From: an uncultured Verrucomicrobiae bacterium
GTDB taxonomy: Bacteria > Verrucomicrobiota > Verrucomicrobiia > Chthoniobacterales > UBA10450
Assembly (NCBI GenBank): GCA_963735805.1
Contig: CAVTMK010000004.1
Span: 806,878 to 870,877 of the forward strand
Reading direction: 5' to 3'
Length of the DNA: 64,000 nucleotides
Positions 61,103 to 64,000 of the stretch are shown piece by piece. The notes under the pieces are model-generated. The model was not told where the DNA came from. It ran no database searches and saw nothing but the letters and a program-made list of their open reading frames with translations. The position numbers were made by a program, and so were the translations under genes. Numbering within the stretch: position 1 is the stretch's first letter; each line of letters opens with the position of its first letter.

Positions 61103-63810
61103 ATGAAAAAGTTCCTTCATTCTCGTGATGGCGCATCCAAAGGCGCGCGCTCATCATTGTTCTCGCCTTTGTTGTGCTTGTTACTGTCTTGTCCGTTGCG
61201 TATTTCTCACGTACTACGACGAACCGGCAGCTGGCCCAATCGAGCTTATAACGATACCAGTGCCGATTTGCTCGCCCGCAGCGCGCTCGACATCACGGTC
61301 AGCGATCTTAAGCAGGAAATCGCCAATAACTCCCCGGTAACCGCAGCCAATATTCAGCCATTAAGCTACGGCGCTCCACCCATCAACGATCCGACGCCCA
61401 TACCAAATCTGATCCGGCGCAGTTCTCAGGGGCCCCGACGGCCGGACTTCGAGTGTCAGTTCGGGCCTTGCCTCGGCGAACGGGCGCTTCGATTACGCTT
61501 GCTCGTTGGAACAGCCATTACTTGATCCCTCGAGCGAGTACGCCGCACATGATGTCATCGATTCAACACCTGTGTCCAGTTTCATCGCGCCGGATTGGGT
61601 GTTGGTAACTGCTCAAGGACCCAACTCCTGCACCGACTCCAAATACGGTAATCGGTAGGTATGCCTTTGCGGTGTACGACGAAGGCGGGTTGATCGATGT
61701 CAACGTTGGGGGATTCCCCACCTATGCGAACCTGACTCGGCCTACCCGGCCTACTCGAAGGCTGCACTCCGAAGTATCCTTTGGAAGAGAGCGAAATTAT
61801 GCTGGCGGCGTTCAGTCGACGCTCCTGTCCAGACTTTAACCGGTAATCAGAACCCCCCAATCTGGAACCACGGGAAGCCTCGTTCTCCTATACGCCTAGG
61901 ACAAACCATCACCCGACGAGCTTCGGCCCAGACATTCTACCCCACGGTTTATCTGTGAATCCAAGCACCGGATTAATCTCTGGCATACCGACTAGCCCTG
62001 GAGTGTTCACGATCACGCTCAGCGCATCAAACTCGACTGTGGCACTGCCACCACAACCGTGGACCCTGACAGTCACGGGATTGATAACGCCTGACTCGAC
62101 TCCCTGGCCGGTTAACCTTGCAAGGAAGGGAACCCTTGCTTTCGCCGATCTCACGGCTCTTCCATCGACCCCTACCGCGATAACGCCGACAACGTCAGTC
62201 GGCAGCATGGGTAATTTTCCTAGCACTACTCCGATCAACAAGTTAATGGGCTGGAGAAATTATGCCACGACTCAACAGACTGGTGCCTCTTTCGATACCC
62301 CCTCATTTCCCTTGGGCAATGCAGATTTTTACGCCAGTAATTTCCTGGGGGCTGCGTATCCTTTAGCCACATCTTTCACCACCGTGTCAACAGCGGTCGC
62401 AAAACAACCGAACGGACCAGGCGGCGATGACCGGCAGGAATTAATAAAGCTTCAAAGAACTATCGACAACCCTCGGCCAGTTCCCCCAGAGCCTGCTTCA
62501 GTATCTCGGGACGTTTTCCCGCGAACAGAACCGGCCGGCGCAGGATTGGCCCCTGAAGAACGGGCAGAGTAGATTATCCGCCAGGTTCGACATGACTAAC
62601 TTGCAAATAGTGATACCGGGTTTCCGGATTCGACCCGGGAATAACGGTAAGGGCCACGCCTGGGGCTTACAGAAGAAAGCCGATCTCTACCAGCTATTTG
62701 GCTTGACGTGGGTGGACGGAACTTATGGGAACGCGGATGTGGCCCATCGCTTCACTGATCCCAATTATTACGGTCATTGGCAATATGGCAGTCCCCGGCC
62801 GCAGGCACGACGTCAACTCGTTGCCAGCCAACCCGGACTTTTTCCAGATCATCAACTATGCCACTGAACGCAGGCGAATGGTGGCGTTAACGATCCCAAT
62901 CGCATCCAGAACACGTTCAATGTTGGAGCGGCACTGATCGATCAATACGACGGCGATGATTTGAATGATCCTGATCCCAACTAACCCAGGCAACGGCGAC
63001 CACTGGCAACACGATTACGATCATCGACTATGACGGCAACCCATTCAACTACGCCTACGGAATAGAAGCCATGTCATACGACGATCCTAATTTCAATGTG
63101 GCGCGACCGCCGTTCGCGCCGAATCCGCTGTCATTGGGTGTGCCGGCAAACTACGTACTTCTCAACCGGCGTTTTGAGAATGTCGGCGAGTTTGGTTACG
63201 CCTATAACCCCGCTTCTACCCCACGCCGAGCAAGACCCTGGATTTCGCGTCTGCGACAAGTAAGGACAGGGCGATCCTCGATTTCTTTACTTATAACGAG
63301 GCAAGTCCGCGCGCAGGCATTGTTAACCTTAACACGAGAAACATCCCTGTTCTCGCCTCGATCATCAAAGGGGCGCTGGTTAAACGATCCCGGCCGCCAG
63401 AATACCGCCACCGACGACTATTAGTGTCCCAAACCAGCGACGCCCTCACCGCAGGGCAAGCCATTGTTCAAGAGACGACGAACACCCGCGGGGCATGGTC
63501 CCGCGTTGACCCGAGCCGATGTTGCCCGGCTGGCCGCTGTAGCGGCTGCCGCGGTGCCTAGTTCTCGGAGCCTCGGACGAAACAAAGCAGACGATCGCAC
63601 GCGCTTTGGCAGAGTACAGGCCAAGCGCGAACCTGGAACCTGATGATCGACGTGATCGCGCAAACCGGACGATATGCACCAGGGACCGCGAACGTTACCG
63701 ACGCTAACAAATTTATCGTCGAAGGCGAGAAGCGCTATTGGCTCCATATCGCGCTTGATCGCGACGCCGGAAGTGTGCTCGGTACGCAGCTTGAGGAAGT
63801 GATTGAGTAA
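61103..63810 (+). pseudogene. Large PilX-like protein (Verru_Chthon cassette A-like) with Ig/He_PIG-like insert; multiple frameshifts, possibly consensus errors
   Basis: GA.LIIVLAFVVL N-terminus without E5; GRYAFAVYDEGGLIDVN; PHGLSVNPSTGLISGIP; NRRFENVGEFGYA; C-terminal LMIDVIAQTGR...EGEKRYWLHIALDR, spread across shifting frames. Confidence 0.7.
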
Positions 63811-63820
63811 TCGGGGAGTC

Positions 63821-63855
63821 GATAGCTGATCGTGGATAGTTGATAGCCGATCAAC
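63821..63855. repeat. Heptamer tandem array (GATAGCT)n
   Basis: gatagct-gatcgtg-gatagtt-gatagcc-gatcaac. Confidence 0.6.
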
Positions 63856-64000
63856 CCTCGCCGCCTTACTGCCGCTTGGGAGAGAAAAGCGTCCCTATTA
63901 GCGTGGGTTTCTTTTTGCTGGTGATGGCGTTGGCGCGGACGAATGGTCCTCCCACGCGGGCGCATGAATTCTAGAGGTTGCCATTGCGCCTCCCCGAGCG

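Noticed and set aside
1..64000. CRISPR array, integrase, transposase or prophage genes
   Set aside because: I saw no regularly spaced 23-50 nt repeats and no recombinase, transposase or phage motifs in any ORF

Overview
This is a gene-dense window of a bacterial chromosome. I infer Verrucomicrobiota (Chthoniobacterales / Ca. Udaeobacter-like) from the Verru_Chthon-type pilin cassette at the right end. Most of it is housekeeping: pepF, hpt, yajQ, a YifB/ComM ATPase, a sigma-70 factor, pyk, mutS, tmRNA, a sulfonate-type ABC transporter with HPr, 2-oxoacid dehydrogenase E1a/E1b/E2, smc, queF/queC, an NtrC-type regulator, pgi, an S9 peptidase and icd. The standout locus (48.8-54.7 kb) is a complete but rearranged D-alanylation operon, dltD-dltD-dltC-dltX-dltA-dltB, in an apparently diderm host. 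It includes a 45-aa DltX missed by the ORF track, two DltD paralogues that both lack the canonical DxxH aspartate, and a DltB fused to an extra ~100-aa C-terminal domain. A YfhO-like GT-C protein and two sulfotransferases elsewhere in the window also point to surface-polymer tailoring. Other signals: a REP-like palindrome read in frame inside mutS, an internally deleted four-helix-bundle gene between inverted heptamer arrays, inverted octamer arrays in intergenic spaces, a sensorless degenerate histidine kinase, and recurrent leaderless-type promoters. Single-base frameshifts in smc, the Stf0-like gene and the pilin cassette are probably consensus errors. All calls come from motif recognition by eye; no searches were run.
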